Shown one piece after another: positions 37,101 to 50,520 of a stretch of 64,000 nt of DNA. This stretch comes from Paragordius varius. Taxonomy: Eukaryota > Animalia > Nematomorpha. Numbering within the stretch: the first letter of the stretch is position 1; each line of letters begins with the position of its first letter. The stretch spans positions 62,001 to 126,000 of the forward strand of contig OZ176058.1 in assembly GCA_964247055.1 (NCBI GenBank). Direction: 5' to 3'. A model generated the notes under the pieces. The model was not told the DNA's origin. It searched no databases and saw nothing but the letters and a program-made list of their open reading frames with translations. The translations under genes and the position numbers were made by a program.

Positions 37101-40100
37101 TTGGGTTAAATATATGGATATCGTAACAAATTTTATATTCAATATCAAACTGTTCACCATAGCTATAATCAACCGAGAATTTCTGGACATTATGTTTCGG
37201 CTGTTTTACCTCAACCGCAAAACTCTTCTAGAAGATATTCAATTATTTCTTTCTAATCAGATATTCTTTTTATTTCAAAATGGATTATAATAGTTAAAAC
37301 ATTTGCTTTTTTTAATCAATTTGTTTATATTTTGGCTTAAATATATGGATATCGTAACAAATTTTATATTCAATATCAAACTGTTCACCAACATAGCTAT
37401 AATCAACCAAGAATTTCTGGCCATTATGTTTCGGCTGTTTTACCTCAACCTCAAAACTCTTCTAGAAGATATTCAATCATTTCTTTTTAAACAGATATTC
37501 TTTTTATTTCAAAATGGATTATAATAGTTAAAACATTTGCTTTTTTTAAATTATTAGTTTATATTTTGGCTTAAATATATGGATATTGTAACAAATTTTA
37601 TATTCAATATCAAACTGTTCACCATAGCTATAATCAACCAAGAATTTCTGGCCATTATGTTTCGGCTGTTTTACCTCAACCGCAAAACTCTTCTAGAAGA
37701 TATTCAATCATTTCTTTTTAAACACATTTTAATTTTCACTTTTTAAAATGGATTAATAGTTAAAACATTTGCTTTTTTTAAATTATTAGTTTATATTTTG
37801 GCTTAAATATATGGATATCGTACTAAATTTTATATTCAATATCAAACTGTTCACCATTATAGCTATAATCAACCGAGAATAACTGGCCATTATGTTTCGG
37901 CTGTTTTACCTCAACCGCAAAACTCTTCTCACAGAAGATATTCAATTATTTCTTTCTAAACCCATCTTTTTTTATTTTTACATTTCAAAATGGATTATAC
38001 TATGAAAGGACAAAACGTAAAAATATTTTCTACTAAAACCATACTTTTAGAATTTTAATTTATATATAACTCATTGTTTCAAACTCTTCTCACAGAAGAT
38101 ATTCAATCATTTCTTTTTAAACTGATTACTTTTTTTTTTCAAAATGGATTGTAAAAATAATTGCTTTTTCAAATAATTTGTTTATATTTTGGCTTAAATA
38201 TATGGATATCGTAACAAATTTTATATTCAATATCAAACTGTTCACCATAATTATCAACATAGCTATAATCAACCAAGAATTTCTGGACATTATGTTTCGG
38301 CTATTTTACCTCAACCGCAAAACTCTTCTAGAAGATATTCAATCATTTCTTTCTAAACAGATATTCTTTTTATTTCAAAATGGATTATAATAATTGCTTT
38401 TTTCAAATAATTTGTTTATATTTTGGCTTAAATATATGGATATCGTAACAAATTTTATATTCAATATCAAACTGTTCACCAACATAGCTATAATCAACCG
38501 AGAATTTCTGGACATTATGTTTCGGCTGTTTTACCTCAACCGCAAAACTCTTCTAGAAGATATTCAATGATTTCTTTCTAAACAGATATTTTACATTTTT
38601 ATTTTTTTAATTTTAGAGTTAAAACATTTGCTTTTTTCAAATTATTTGTTTATATTTTGGCTTAAATATATGGATATCGTAACAAATTTTATATTCAATA
38701 TCAAACTGTTCACCATCATAGCTATAATCAACCGAGAATTACTGGCCATTATGTTTCGGCTGTTTTACCTCAACCGCAAAACTCTTCTAGAAGATATTCA
38801 ATCATTTCTTTCTAAAACTAAAACTTTGATTTACATTTCAAAATGGATTATAATAGTTTAAACTTCAAAATTTGCTTTTTTTTAAATAATTTGTTTATAT
38901 TTTGGCTTAAATATATGGATATCGTAACAAATTTTATATTCAATATCAAACTGTTCACCATAGCTATAATCAACCAAGAATTTCTGGACATTATGTTTCG
39001 GCTGTTTTACCTCAACCGCAAAACTCTTCTAGAAGATATTCAATCATTTCTTTCTAAACTGATTACTTTTTTTTATTTTAAAATGGATAATAGTAGTTTA
39101 AACTTTAAAATTTGCTTTTTTTAAATAATTTGTGTATATTTTGGCTTAAATATATGGATATCGTAACAAATTTTGTATTCAATATCAGACTGTTCACCAA
39201 CATAGCTATAATCAACCAAGGATTTCTGGACATTACGTTTCGGCTGTTTTACCTCAACCGCAAAACTCTTCTTCTCACAGAAGATATTCAATCATTTCTT
39301 TTTAAAACTAAAACTTTGATTTTTAATTTTTAAAAATGGATAATAATAGTTTAAACTTCAAAATTTGCTTTTTTCAAATAATTTGTTTATATTTTGGCTT
39401 AAATATATGGATATCGTAAGAAATTTTATATTCAATATCAAACTGTTCACCAACATAGCTATAATCAACCGAGAATTACTGGACATTATGTTTCGGCTGT
39501 TTTACCTCAACCGCAAAACTCTTCTAGAAGATATTCAATCATTTCTTTTTAAACAGCTTTTTACTTTTTTATTTTTTGATTTCAAAATGGATTAGTTTAA
39601 AGTTCAAAATTTGTTTTTTTTTAAATTTTGGCGGAAAAATATGGATATTGTACAATATTATAGACTGTCATCAACTATTTTATTTATACATTTCAAAATG
39701 GATAATAGTTAAAACATTTGCTTTTTTTAAATTATTAGTTTATATTTTGGCTTAAATATATGGATATCGTAACAAATTTTATATTCAATATCAAACTGTT
39801 CACCAACATAGCTATAATCAACCAAGAATTTCTGGACATTATGTTTCGGATGTTTTACCTCAACCGCAAAACTCTTCTTCTCACAGAAGATATTCAATCA
39901 TTTCTTTTTAAACACATTTTACTTTTTTTTATTTCAAAATGGATAATAGTTAAAACATTTGCTTTTTTTTGAATTATTAGTTTATATTTTGGCTTAAATA
40001 TATGGATATCGTAACAAATTTTAAATTCAATATCAAACTGTTCACCAACATAGCTATAATCAACCAAGAATTTCTGGACATTATGTTTCGGCTGTTTTAC

Positions 40101-41240
40101 CTCAACCGCAAAACTCTTCTAGAAGATATTCAATCATTTCTTTCTAAACTGATTACTTTTTTTTTATTTCAAAATGGATAGTTAAAACATTTTCTTTTTT
40201 TATATAATGTTCATATTTTGGCTTAAATATATGGATATCGTAACAAATTTTATATTCAATATCAAACTATTCACCATAGCTATAATCAACCAAGAATTTC
40301 TGGACATTATGTTTCGGCTGTTTTACCTCAACCGCAAAACTCTTCTAGAAGATATTCAATCATTTCTTTCTAAACTGATTACTTTTTTTTTATTTCAAAA
40401 TGGATAGTTAAAACATTTTCTTTTTTTATATAATGTTCATATTTTGGCTTAAATATATGGATATCGTAACAAATTTTATATTCAATATCAAACTATTCAC
40501 CATAGCTATAATCAACCAAGAATTTCTGGACATTATGTTTCGGCTGTTTTACCTCAACCGCAAAACTCTTCTAGAAGATATTCAATCATTTCTTTCTAAA
40601 CTGATTACTTTTTTTTTATTTCAAAATGGATAGTTAAAACATTTTCTTTTTTTATATAATGTTCATATTTTGGCTTAAATATATGGATATCGTAACAAAT
40701 TTTATATTCAATATCAAACTATTCACCATAGCTATAATCAACCAAGAATTTCTGGACATTATGTTTCGGCTGTTTTACCTCAACCGCAAAACTCTTCTAG
40801 AAGATATTCAATCATTTCTTTCTAAACTGATTACTTTTTTTTTATTTCAAAATGGATAGTTAAAACATTTTCTTTTTTTATATAATGTTCATATTTTGGC
40901 TTAAATATATGGATATCGTAACAAATTTTATATTCAATATCAAACTATTCACCATAGCTATAATCAACCAAGAATTTCTGGACATTATGTTTCGGCTGTT
41001 TTACCTCAACCGCAAAACTCTTCTTCTCACAGAAGATATTCAATCATTTCTTTTTAAACTGATTACTTTTTTTTATTTCAAAATGGATTATAATAGTTAA
41101 AACATTTCTTTTTTTATATTTTGGCGTAAAAATATGGATATCGTAACAAAATTTATACACTGTCAACTCTAAAACTAAAAAAAAAAATTATTTCAAATGA
41201 ATATGGATATTGTAATAAATTTTATACACTGTCGACCTTA
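34168..41240 (+). repeat. Tandem array of ~226-247-bp units (28 full copies plus partials) derived from the 3' part and stop codon of exon 17
   Basis: Core ATTCAATATCAAACT...AGAAGATATTCAATCATTTCTTTTTAA counted 29 times including the exon; period visible in the ORF track. Confidence 0.97.
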
Positions 41241-42099
41241 AACTAAAAAATCTTTAAAATCGTTATAGCGGATTAGAATTTCAAATTTTTATAAAGAATA
41301 AGGATATCTATATCCTAAACAAATAACGCTTCTTAGAGAAAAATCAAAGCACCTTAAATTTCGCCTAAAAAAATGACTTTTTAGTTTTTAAGTTGACAGT
41401 TATTTGCAAAATAATTTGGACTTTAAATTTTATTTTAAGGTTTTTTTTTCATTTTTATTTGTAATTTTATAATTATTATATATACTGTCCTAAACGGTTC
41501 CGTTGTTTTTATGTAGCATTTCGCAATAACAAATATATTCTGTTCAAAAATTTAACAAATTTGCATATTAGACTAGTATTATATTTTATCAAAATCTTAT
41601 TAAACGCATTCATAATGAGTATCACTAATTTGAAAGCTTTTAATAGCAAATAATATTTCTTTATTTATATATGAAATTATTTCTTACAATGTGTGCAACA
41701 TTTTTTATTTTCAAAAATGCCAAATTTTACCAATTCTGGAATTTATACATATATACGAAACATTGAAAAATAAATGTGTTTGTGCTTTCTTATTTTTTAT
41801 TCGTTTACAAAATATTTATAAAGTTTAAAAATATAAATACAAAATTTATTTATAAAAGACCTCTTTACTTTTTATTCGTTTTAAATTTTTATATAAATTT
41901 TAAAATATAAAATTCTTTTTCAAAACCCTTTTATACATTTTAAAATTGACGTTTTTAATAAACTCATTGTTTTAACTGCAAAGTATGAAATAGAAATGTA
42001 TATTGGTAACAAAAACAGTAACATATTTTACAATTATAATTTAATAATTTATATGGGTAAATTGTTGGTTACTCTTACAAAAAGGAAATAATTTTCTTT

Positions 42100-42830
42100 A
42101 TATATATTTACGTTTTGTCCGTATAATTTAAATTTTTGCTTTATGTGGAAATATTATGGTTAAAAAAGGGATGGTTCTTTTTTGAAAAAAAATATAGTTA
42201 CGTTTCTAATAAATAATTTTAATTGTTTATAATTTATAACACACATTTTTAATTTTGTTTTTTTGAAAGAACAAACATACTAATCCTTAATTTTTCCTAC
42301 ATAAACTTCTATATAATTACAAAATTGTGAAATTTTTATATGTGTAAATTACCAATTTAAATTCGCAACCAAATAAAGAATATATATTTTAAAAAAAATG
42401 ATAATTTTAATATGATTTATTTTGTAAAAAATATAAAGCTTCATCTGTATAATATAATTCATCAAATTTTGCTCTTAATGGGCACATTTGTAACTATTTT
42501 ATTAGATTAAACATCATTCAATAATTCTCTACAAACACAATCTAATTAATATTAAATTCTAGTTCGTTGCTCAAATTTGAAAACTATTCAGATTTTATTT
42601 GTTTAAAAATACAATATTTACTAAAATTTTGAAAATAGCTTCGAGAAATTATGGAATTTATTTGGTATAGTTTAAAATAATTTGTCGGCCGCACTAAATA
42701 ACTTTAAGGGTGCGCGTATTAATTTATATGCGCTAAAAACTAATTACCAAGGGTGTTAATTTACGAGGGCGCTCCTTTGTAGATGGTTTATTTTTACTAA
42801 CGGAAATATAATGAATGTTAATTTCATAAA
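42100..42830 (-). pseudogene. Possible heavily decayed Tc1/IS630-type transposase remnant
   Basis: Fragments on -: ERPRKLTP (~42775-42750), YTDEAL (~42455-42434), LFGC (~42375), FFKKNHP (~42180), in the expected order but broken by stops and frameshifts. Confidence 0.3.
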
Positions 42831-42893
42831 ACAATATGGCCAAGGCCAGAATTATTTAATGTTTGTTAGCACAAAAATTATAAGGAAGTGTAG

Positions 42894-42934
<41 letters not shown>

Positions 42935-43477
42935 GATATTTTATTTAAATAAAAATTCAAATTATACGGAAATGCAAAAATATAAAGACAAATATTTTTA
43001 TCTAAAAAACAACCCCATACTTTTTAAATCATGTTTTATATCAAGAAAACTCATTGTTTCAAATTGCAAAGTGTGAAATAGATATATATTACATTAACAC
43101 AATCAATTCTATATTTTGCGATTGATATTAGATAGTTTTTATGGTATAAATCAAGGTTTTAAAAATATGGATGCATTTTGAAAATAAATTGTCTTTATAT
43201 TTTTACATTTTGTCTGTATAATTTCCATTTTTACTGTAAATAAAACACTTAAAACGTGACCTAGATATTAATTCTTTCATGTTTGCATAGGGGATACCCT
43301 CTTAAAAAGCCAAAAAATAAAATTATTTCAAGGGGAGTTTTTAATTGATTAACGCAATTAAGCAAACGTTTTAATTAAGGACTTGCAATATCAACCCTAC
43401 TAACTATTGCACAACATTTGTTATAAGAAAACCTTTAAAAGCCCTCCCTATAGGATATATAATTTTAGAGTTAATTA

Positions 43478-43763
43478 CAGTCTAAATTAAATTTATATTA
43501 AAACTTGAAAATATAAAGACAATCTTTTTTTTCAAAAAACAACCAAACTTTTTTAAACCTTAATTTATCCTATGAAAAACATTTAATTGAAATCGTAAAA
43601 TACACAATTGATTGTGTTACCAATTTACATTTCCATATTATAATTTAAAGTTGAAAACAATAAGTTATATTGAAAAAAAAATTAAAAAGTATGATTGTCT
43701 GTTAGATAAAAATATTTGTCTTTATATTTTCACATATTGTCCGTATAATTTATATTATTACTG
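43478..43763. mobile_element. MITE-A copy (others at ~42950-43236 and ~43892)
   Basis: TIRs and TA flanks. Confidence 0.8.
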
Positions 43764-45261
43764 TAATTAGTAGATCTAAAATATTGATTTTATAATGTAA
43801 ACTATTATCCTTTAACTAATATATTTTAAAACAGAAAATTAAAGTAAAAAATTTCATATAAGTAAAAATATCTAATGTAACTAATAAAAATACTGTAAAA
43901 ATTGAAATTATACTATGGACAAAAAGTAAATATATAAAGACAATATTTTATTTTTAAAAACTACCCCATAATTTCATTAATCCAAATTTTTTCATATAAA
44001 CTATTTATTTAAGAAATTATAAAATTACCAATATACATCATTATTTCATGTTTGGGATTTTAAACAATTACAATAAAAATTGAAGTTATACGGACAAAAC
44101 GAATAATAAAAAAATATTTATTTTAATAAGATAAACATAGAAAGTTTAATCTTGTTTGTTAAAATAAAACTCATTGTTATAAACTTAATATAAATATATA
44201 AATTGGTAACATAATCAATTATGTATTTTACGAATCTAGTTAAATGTTTTATATAGGATACAAATGTTTAAAAATGTATGGTTGTTATTGAAAAAGATTC
44301 TATGTATATATCAAAAAAAATCTTTGTTTTTTATGTTGTTTAATTTCAATTTTTATTGTAGATATATTTTTTGAAAGTCTTTTCTAACAAATATACCATA
44401 AAAGATCTAACATAAAATATTTTTAAGTTTTAAATGCTTTCACTCTAAATAAAATTATAAAAATTCACAAAATCTGAGTGGGTGTTTTATAATAAAATCT
44501 GATAATTTACCTAAAATGATTTGTATAGCCTTTACCGAGATGTGATTTTCCTCCAAATCATAACTGAACATGGTATTAAAGTAGAGGGACAAAATTTTTA
44601 AAATATTTCTGCAAAAGAGTTAATCAACATAAAAATATACTTGTAAGTTTTAAGATTTTGTCCTTTCACCTCGATAATTATATCAAATGTTGTTTCGTTT
44701 ATCCGCATTGCATTGAAAAATGCGTAATTATATTCGATAACATTGTGTGCGTATTTTGTCCTCCAAAACTAATTTTCTGGCATCCTAATTTTTCGGTTCT
44801 TGAACTAACATAAACTGAAGTATCCATGTAAATTTTAAATTTCAAAAATTTTAAAAATTTAAAAATTGATTGTAAAAAAATTGTACATGTGTATTAATTC
44901 AATTAACCACATCAAATAATTTTAAAAAAGGTTTAAAAATGCACGATATTCAATGTTCTAACTAATTGTTTATAATTTAGGCTAAAACATTTAAAATAAG
45001 CAAAAGGTACATAGTATTGTAATTTTTACTGTCTAAAATTATGTTAAACATCCTTTTTACCAAAATCATGATACAATTAATATAATTGGCTTACATACAA
45101 CATCTTTAAAACAAACAATACTTAACAACTAATTAGTCTGATATATATAAAAATAAAATATATTTACAGTTTTCTATGTTATTTTAGATAAATAGAAAGC
45201 TATTTAATACTATTTATTTGGAACAAAAATTTAAAATTTCTGTCAGATACTCAAACAATAA

Positions 45262-45285
45262 AATGAGATAATATCATCTTTATGC

Positions 45286-45322
<37 letters not shown>

Positions 45323-47910
45323 TATGATTAATGGTTTGTTATAAGTCCTAAAAGTCATTTAAGAAATATATATAATTTGTGCTAACTATTCTTATCAAAA
45401 TAGCAAAATTGCAAATAATGTTAAAAATATTTTGGTAAATGTTATACTTCAGATGAGAATTCTGATGCATTTTTTAGTCGGAAAAATAAATTTCGGTATA
45501 ATATTATTTTTGTGCATGTACAGCTTTGTTTTTGAATGTATTATAAGATAAATCTAAATAACACTTTGGAACATTTTCATTTTTTATATGCGATGACTAG
45601 GGATGTGCTGACCAAGTCATGACCAGATCAGTGACTATTTATTTTTTAACCATGGTTATTTTGCTAGATAATTCTATTTTTTGGTTGAGATATTAGGATT
45701 TTATTTTTTTATATATTTTAAAAATATATGATTAAATATTTAATTATATAATATAATCGATAGAAAATGCTGTATAATTAAGAATATATTATATGTGAAT
45801 ATAAATCCTTTGAAACAAACAACCGCAAAATATATAATTAATACATATATGTTAACCAAAATTATATGACAGGAAATCTTATAATTGTTCCGATATTTAT
45901 TTTGAAAGAAAGTGAAAACAAACTAGAATTTTATAAAATATAAAGTGTATCAAAAGCCATGTATTTGAGGATACAGAAAGCCATAAACATATGGCAAAAT
46001 TTATTTATATTACATTGACATTTAATATTATTAATAACAAAATTCTTGATTATGATAGAATATTGTAGGTAATAATCATCAAAAAAATCCTAATCTAATT
46101 AAGGAAATTGACATTATTATTGAAACACAAGTCTCGTTCGGGCATCCTTTACTTAGTCACCAATATTTTACTTAAGTAAGATATTTTTGTGAATACAATT
46201 TTTTTATAGTTTTGCTAAAAAAAATTAAAAAGTGGTCATGACCATGGTCTGACTGGTTCTGACCGGACTTTTTCAAAGCAGTCAAATGCCTAACCTTAGC
46301 TATGACATGGTTAGTCTTCAACCCAAAAGAACAAATGAGCAAAAAAACTATCTAAAATAGGGGTGCCTTGTACATATATATTTGCAGCTCTGAAATCATA
46401 GTTTTTATTTATTTATTTATTTGAGCCTAATTTTTATTGATTTTTCTACTAAGAAAATCCTAAATTTTGATTGTAATCCAATTTAAAACTTTTTAACATT
46501 TTTTAGAGCACTTTTGTGTCCCGAAAAAAAGCTTGTTGGACATCCCTGTTTTATTTTAAATTTAATTGTCAAAACCTCTTGTCCTGATATCAAAAAATTA
46601 TAATTAAGTTTTTAAACTCTGTATAATTTCAATTTTTACCATATAAATAGGTTGTATCGCTAAAATTAAGCTTTAAAAAAGTATGTTAGTTTTTTATGAA
46701 AAATATTTTTCTTTATGATTGTAAATGTTGATTGTTTAATTTTACTGTATATTATAACCCCTCGGCCATTATTTAAAAATATTTGAAATATTAATATTTA
46801 CTTCTTACAAATAACTTAATTTATTTTTTTTATAAAAAAGGAAACGTAATTGTACTTGCAGGGTTAATTAAAATTTCAAATGCACCCAAACTTATTTATA
46901 TTCATATTTATTAAGTAAATTTAAATATTTTAAAACTTAAATAACCAAAGATTACAACAAAACTAAATAATATTAAAGGACCATATAAGAAAATTTAAGT
47001 ATATTTTTTATAAAATTAAAATATATATTAATATATATATATCATATATTATACATTTAATATTTTTGCAGCAAAAATAACAAGAATTATACTATGGATA
47101 AAACGACAATATATAAATTCAAAAATATTATTCCAAAATACAACCACTTTATTATATTTCAAACATAAACTATTTAATTACAATTTTAAATATACCATTT
47201 AAAAATTCACTTTTCTTGAACAATTTAAATTCACCCTTTAACATTCAAATTTCACCCTTAAACATTTTAAATTCACCCTTAAACATTCATATTCATCCTT
47301 GATAAATGAATTATAAATTTTGTTAAACATGAAATTTAATATCTTAAGAGTTTTATTTGGCATTATTATATTTTAAACGTAATTTCATTTTTTTAAATAA
47401 AATAAAATATAGGTAATATTTAATCATAAAAAACACATAATTTATTTTAGGGTGAATTTGAATTGTTCGAGGGTAAATTTGAATTGTTAAAAATAATTTT
47501 AAATTGTCCAAAGGTAAATTTGAATATCAAGGTTGAATTTGAATTGTTTAAGGGTGATTTAGAAGTGTAAATGGTATATTTTAAAAAATTCAATATAAGG
47601 GTGGTTGTCTTTTAAAAATATATATTTGTCTATTTTTACATTTTGTCCGTATAATTTTAATTTTTACAGTAAAATAATAATACTAATATTAAATTTTTAA
47701 TTCAATCAACATTAATAAATGCACACAAATTTATTTATAATTAATAATCCATAATTTAAAATGAATTCAAAAAATTGGTAATATATATATATATATATAT
47801 TAATGAAAATGTGTAAAACAAATTAATGAAAAAGGACTAGATAGTAAAAAATTAAAATGTATAATTATAATAAATAATATATTTTTAAATAATTATTATA
47901 TATAAATAAA
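45262..47910 (+). repeat. Segment duplicated in direct orientation at ~61515-64000
   Basis: Long shared unique blocks: GTTATAAGTCCTAAAAGTCATTTAAG, GAGCACTTTTGTG.CCGAAAAAAAGCTTGTTGGACATCCC, TAATAAATGCACACAAATTT, GAAAAAGGAC.AGATAG. Confidence 0.9.
45598..46301. mobile_element. 704-bp insertion flanked by an ATGAC direct repeat
   Basis: ATGAC at 45593-45597 and 46302-46306; the empty site (single ATGAC, 61805-61809) is in the duplicated copy of the flanks. Confidence 0.75.
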
Positions 47911-47959
47911 ATTTAATAAAAATTAAAAAATAAAAAAATAATTTATAAAATAAAATTTA

Positions 47960-48105
47960 ATTATCGTTTAACATTGAAAGATCGTCTACCAATATTATTA
48001 ACATTAAAATTTTCATTGTAAGAAATATTTTTATTTTTATAAATTTTATTTGTCAGCTGTTTTGTGGCGCCAGCCAAACTATTTGGAGTGCAAACAGCTG
48101 ATGAT
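47960..48105 (-). repeat. Second copy of the last ~50 codons and stop of FHOD exon F
   Basis: ATTATCGTTTAACATTGAAAGA.CGTCTACCAATATT...CAGCTGTTTTG...GCCAGCCAAACT repeated ~190 bp apart. Confidence 0.88.
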
Positions 48106-48152
48106 TGTTAAAAAATATTTAAAAATAAAAATTTTTTTTTAAAAAATTTAAA

Positions 48153-48406
48153 TTATCGTTTAACATTGAAAGAACGTCTACCAATATTATTCAAATTTAA
48201 ATTTTCATTGTAAGAAACATTTTTATTTTTGTTAATTTTATTTATCAGCTGTTTTGCGCCAGCCAAACTGTTTTGAGTGCAAACAGCTGATGACATTAAA
48301 CAGCTGAGCAGATCATCTGATTTTGCGGTTTCAGGAATTTTGCTATTATTGTAATAAGTTGGTGATTTTCGATAAAATGGTACGCTTGGTGTAGATGAGT
48401 TTGAAT
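48153..48406 (-). CDS. FHOD: FHOD terminal exon F (...AKSDDLLSCLMSSAV...NIGRRSFNVKR*)
   Basis: CTTAG|AT; phase 1; TAA 48155-48153. DDLLSCLMSS resembles the DAD core (DEIMDLLVQS in FHOD1) and is followed by a basic end. Confidence 0.75.
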
Positions 48407-48656
48407 CTAAGTTGAATTTAAATTAAATTTTTTTAAAAAAGTTAAAAAAAATTTATTTTAAAATGGATAATATAAAAATTAAAAATTAATTTTAAATTGA
48501 ATTATTAAAAGAAAAATTTAAAAAGTTCAAAAAAAATTACAGTAAAAATTGAAATAATACGGACAAAACGAAATATAAAGACAAATATTTTTATCTAAAT
48601 AAAACTCCATACTTTTTTCATCTTGATTTTTTTAATATAAGATATTAACACAATTA

Positions 48657-48949
48657 CAGTAAAAACTGAAATTATACGGATGGACAAATCATATATAAAG
48701 ACAAATTTTTATTTCTAAAAGAAAACCATACTTTTTAAAACCTTAATATATCCTATTTAAATAATTTAATTTATAATAGTACACTGTTAAAATTGCTTGT
48801 TTTATCAATTACATTTTTATTTCCTACTTTAAAGTTTTAAACAATGAGTTATATTCAAAAAATCAAGATTAAAAAAGTAGGGTATCTTTTAGAAAAAAAT
48901 TTGGTCCTAATATTTTAACATTTTGTCCGTATAATTCCAAATTTTACTG
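48657..48949. mobile_element. MITE-A copy (others at 50770-51026, 53529-53781, ~57135-57411)
   Basis: TIRs and TA flanks. Confidence 0.85.
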
Positions 48950-49493
48950 TAAAATCGTAAAGAAAAATATGTTTAACTTTAATAACAATAAAAAAAACAA
49001 ATTTTTTAATAATTAAATGTTATATTATAAAAAAATTAATTTACTAATTTTTTTACATTTTGTCCTTATAAAGTATTTACAAAAATATTATTTTTTGATT
49101 TATTTAAAAAAAATATTAACATTAATAGACAAGGTTTTATAAATTTGATGTTTATTAACAAATATTTGTCTTTAAATTTCCACGTTTTCTCCGTATAATT
49201 TGCTCAATTTTAACTGTAAAATCGCATAGAAAAATATTTTTAACTTTAATAGCAAAATGATTTAATTAAATAAATAACTGAAAAATTTTTTTAATTTCTT
49301 TTCTTTAATTTTTGAAACTTTATATAAAAAAAGACAAGGTTTAAAAATTTAATTATATAATATAAAAAAAATATTTGTATTTATAAAAATATTTTTTCGT
49401 TTTGTCCGTATAATTTCATTATAAAAATATTCAAACTTTTAAATTCTTAAATAAAAAATTTAAAAAATATTTAAAAAATATATTTAAACTTAC

Positions 49494-49920
49494 TCCCTAA
49501 CAAGATATTTTGAAGTGCTTTATCAGCTGATGTCATACAACCGCTCGCTGAAAGGTTCCGATCATGTGATATTTTATTATTTTTAAAACTTTTTTCAATT
49601 TGTTCATTATTTTTATTATTTGTATTGTTTGTATTATTGTTACTATTATTTATAAAACTTTTCAGACTAAATTTGGCATTTTGAGATGGCGTATTTTGTG
49701 TAAAAGATATTCTTTCAAAACCATTATTTTTTTCGTTACAATTATTAAAATTGCTATTTTTCCTTGCAGAACTTTTCAGAGGTTCGGTCACGATCACCTG
49801 ATTTTCATCAAGAAGCGCCGAACTTAAAAAAGCTCCATTTGTTTCAATATAAGCATTTCCACTATTTGAAATAGTAGAGCGGAAGGAAGTAGCCAATGAT
49901 GTAGGTATTTTTTTGATTGA
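49494..49920 (-). CDS. FHOD: FHOD exon E (Ser/Asn-rich linker SIKKIPTSL...DKALQNILLG)
   Basis: TTTTTAG|TCA ... A|GTAAGT; 427 nt open; phases fit exons D and F. Confidence 0.8.
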
Positions 49921-50520
49921 CTAAAAAATATAAATTTGAAAATAAAAGATTAAATTTATGAAAGTTTAAAAATTTAGAAAGTTTTTAAATTATAAATTGA
50001 AAATTATTTTAAAAGATTAAATTTATAGAAAATTTTTTAATTTATTTTTAAGTTAAAAAATTTAAAATAATAAAATTAAAAGTTTCGAAATGCTTTTTTC
50101 ATAAACTTATCAAAAAGATATAATATATAATGCTAAAAATATTACCTTTTATTAAATTAAATGCTAAAAATAATATTTTTACATAAAAAACAATATTATT
50201 CATGGGTATTTTTTGATTGACTAGATAAATTTATAAATTAAAAATTATTTTTAAAAATTAAATTTATGAAAAGTTTAAAATTTCTTTTTAAGTTGAAATA
50301 TTGAGAAATAATTAAATTATTCGAAATACTTTTTTCATATACATCTTATCACAAATATATAATTGGAAGAATGTTATTAATTTAAATACTAAAAATAAAT
50401 TTTTTAACATAAAACAATTTTATTTATGGATAATTTTTTGATTGACTAGGAAATATAAAATTGAAAATAATTTTAAAAGATTAATTATACGGAAATTTTT
50501 TAATTTATTTTTAAGTTTAA
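49921..50520 (-). repeat. ~230-bp repeats echoing the FHOD exon-E acceptor
   Basis: TTTTTTGATTGACTA (+) at about 49910, 50212, 50435. Confidence 0.8.

Noticed and set aside
34025-41100. About 25 similar ORFs (MDIVTNFIFNIKLF...), including the 238-aa ORF 36345..37061, as a membrane-protein gene family
   Set aside because: They are an alternative frame of the tandem repeat. Unit variation is non-synonymous in this frame but silent in the exon-17 frame, and the 238-aa ORF arises only because the local unit is 240 bp.
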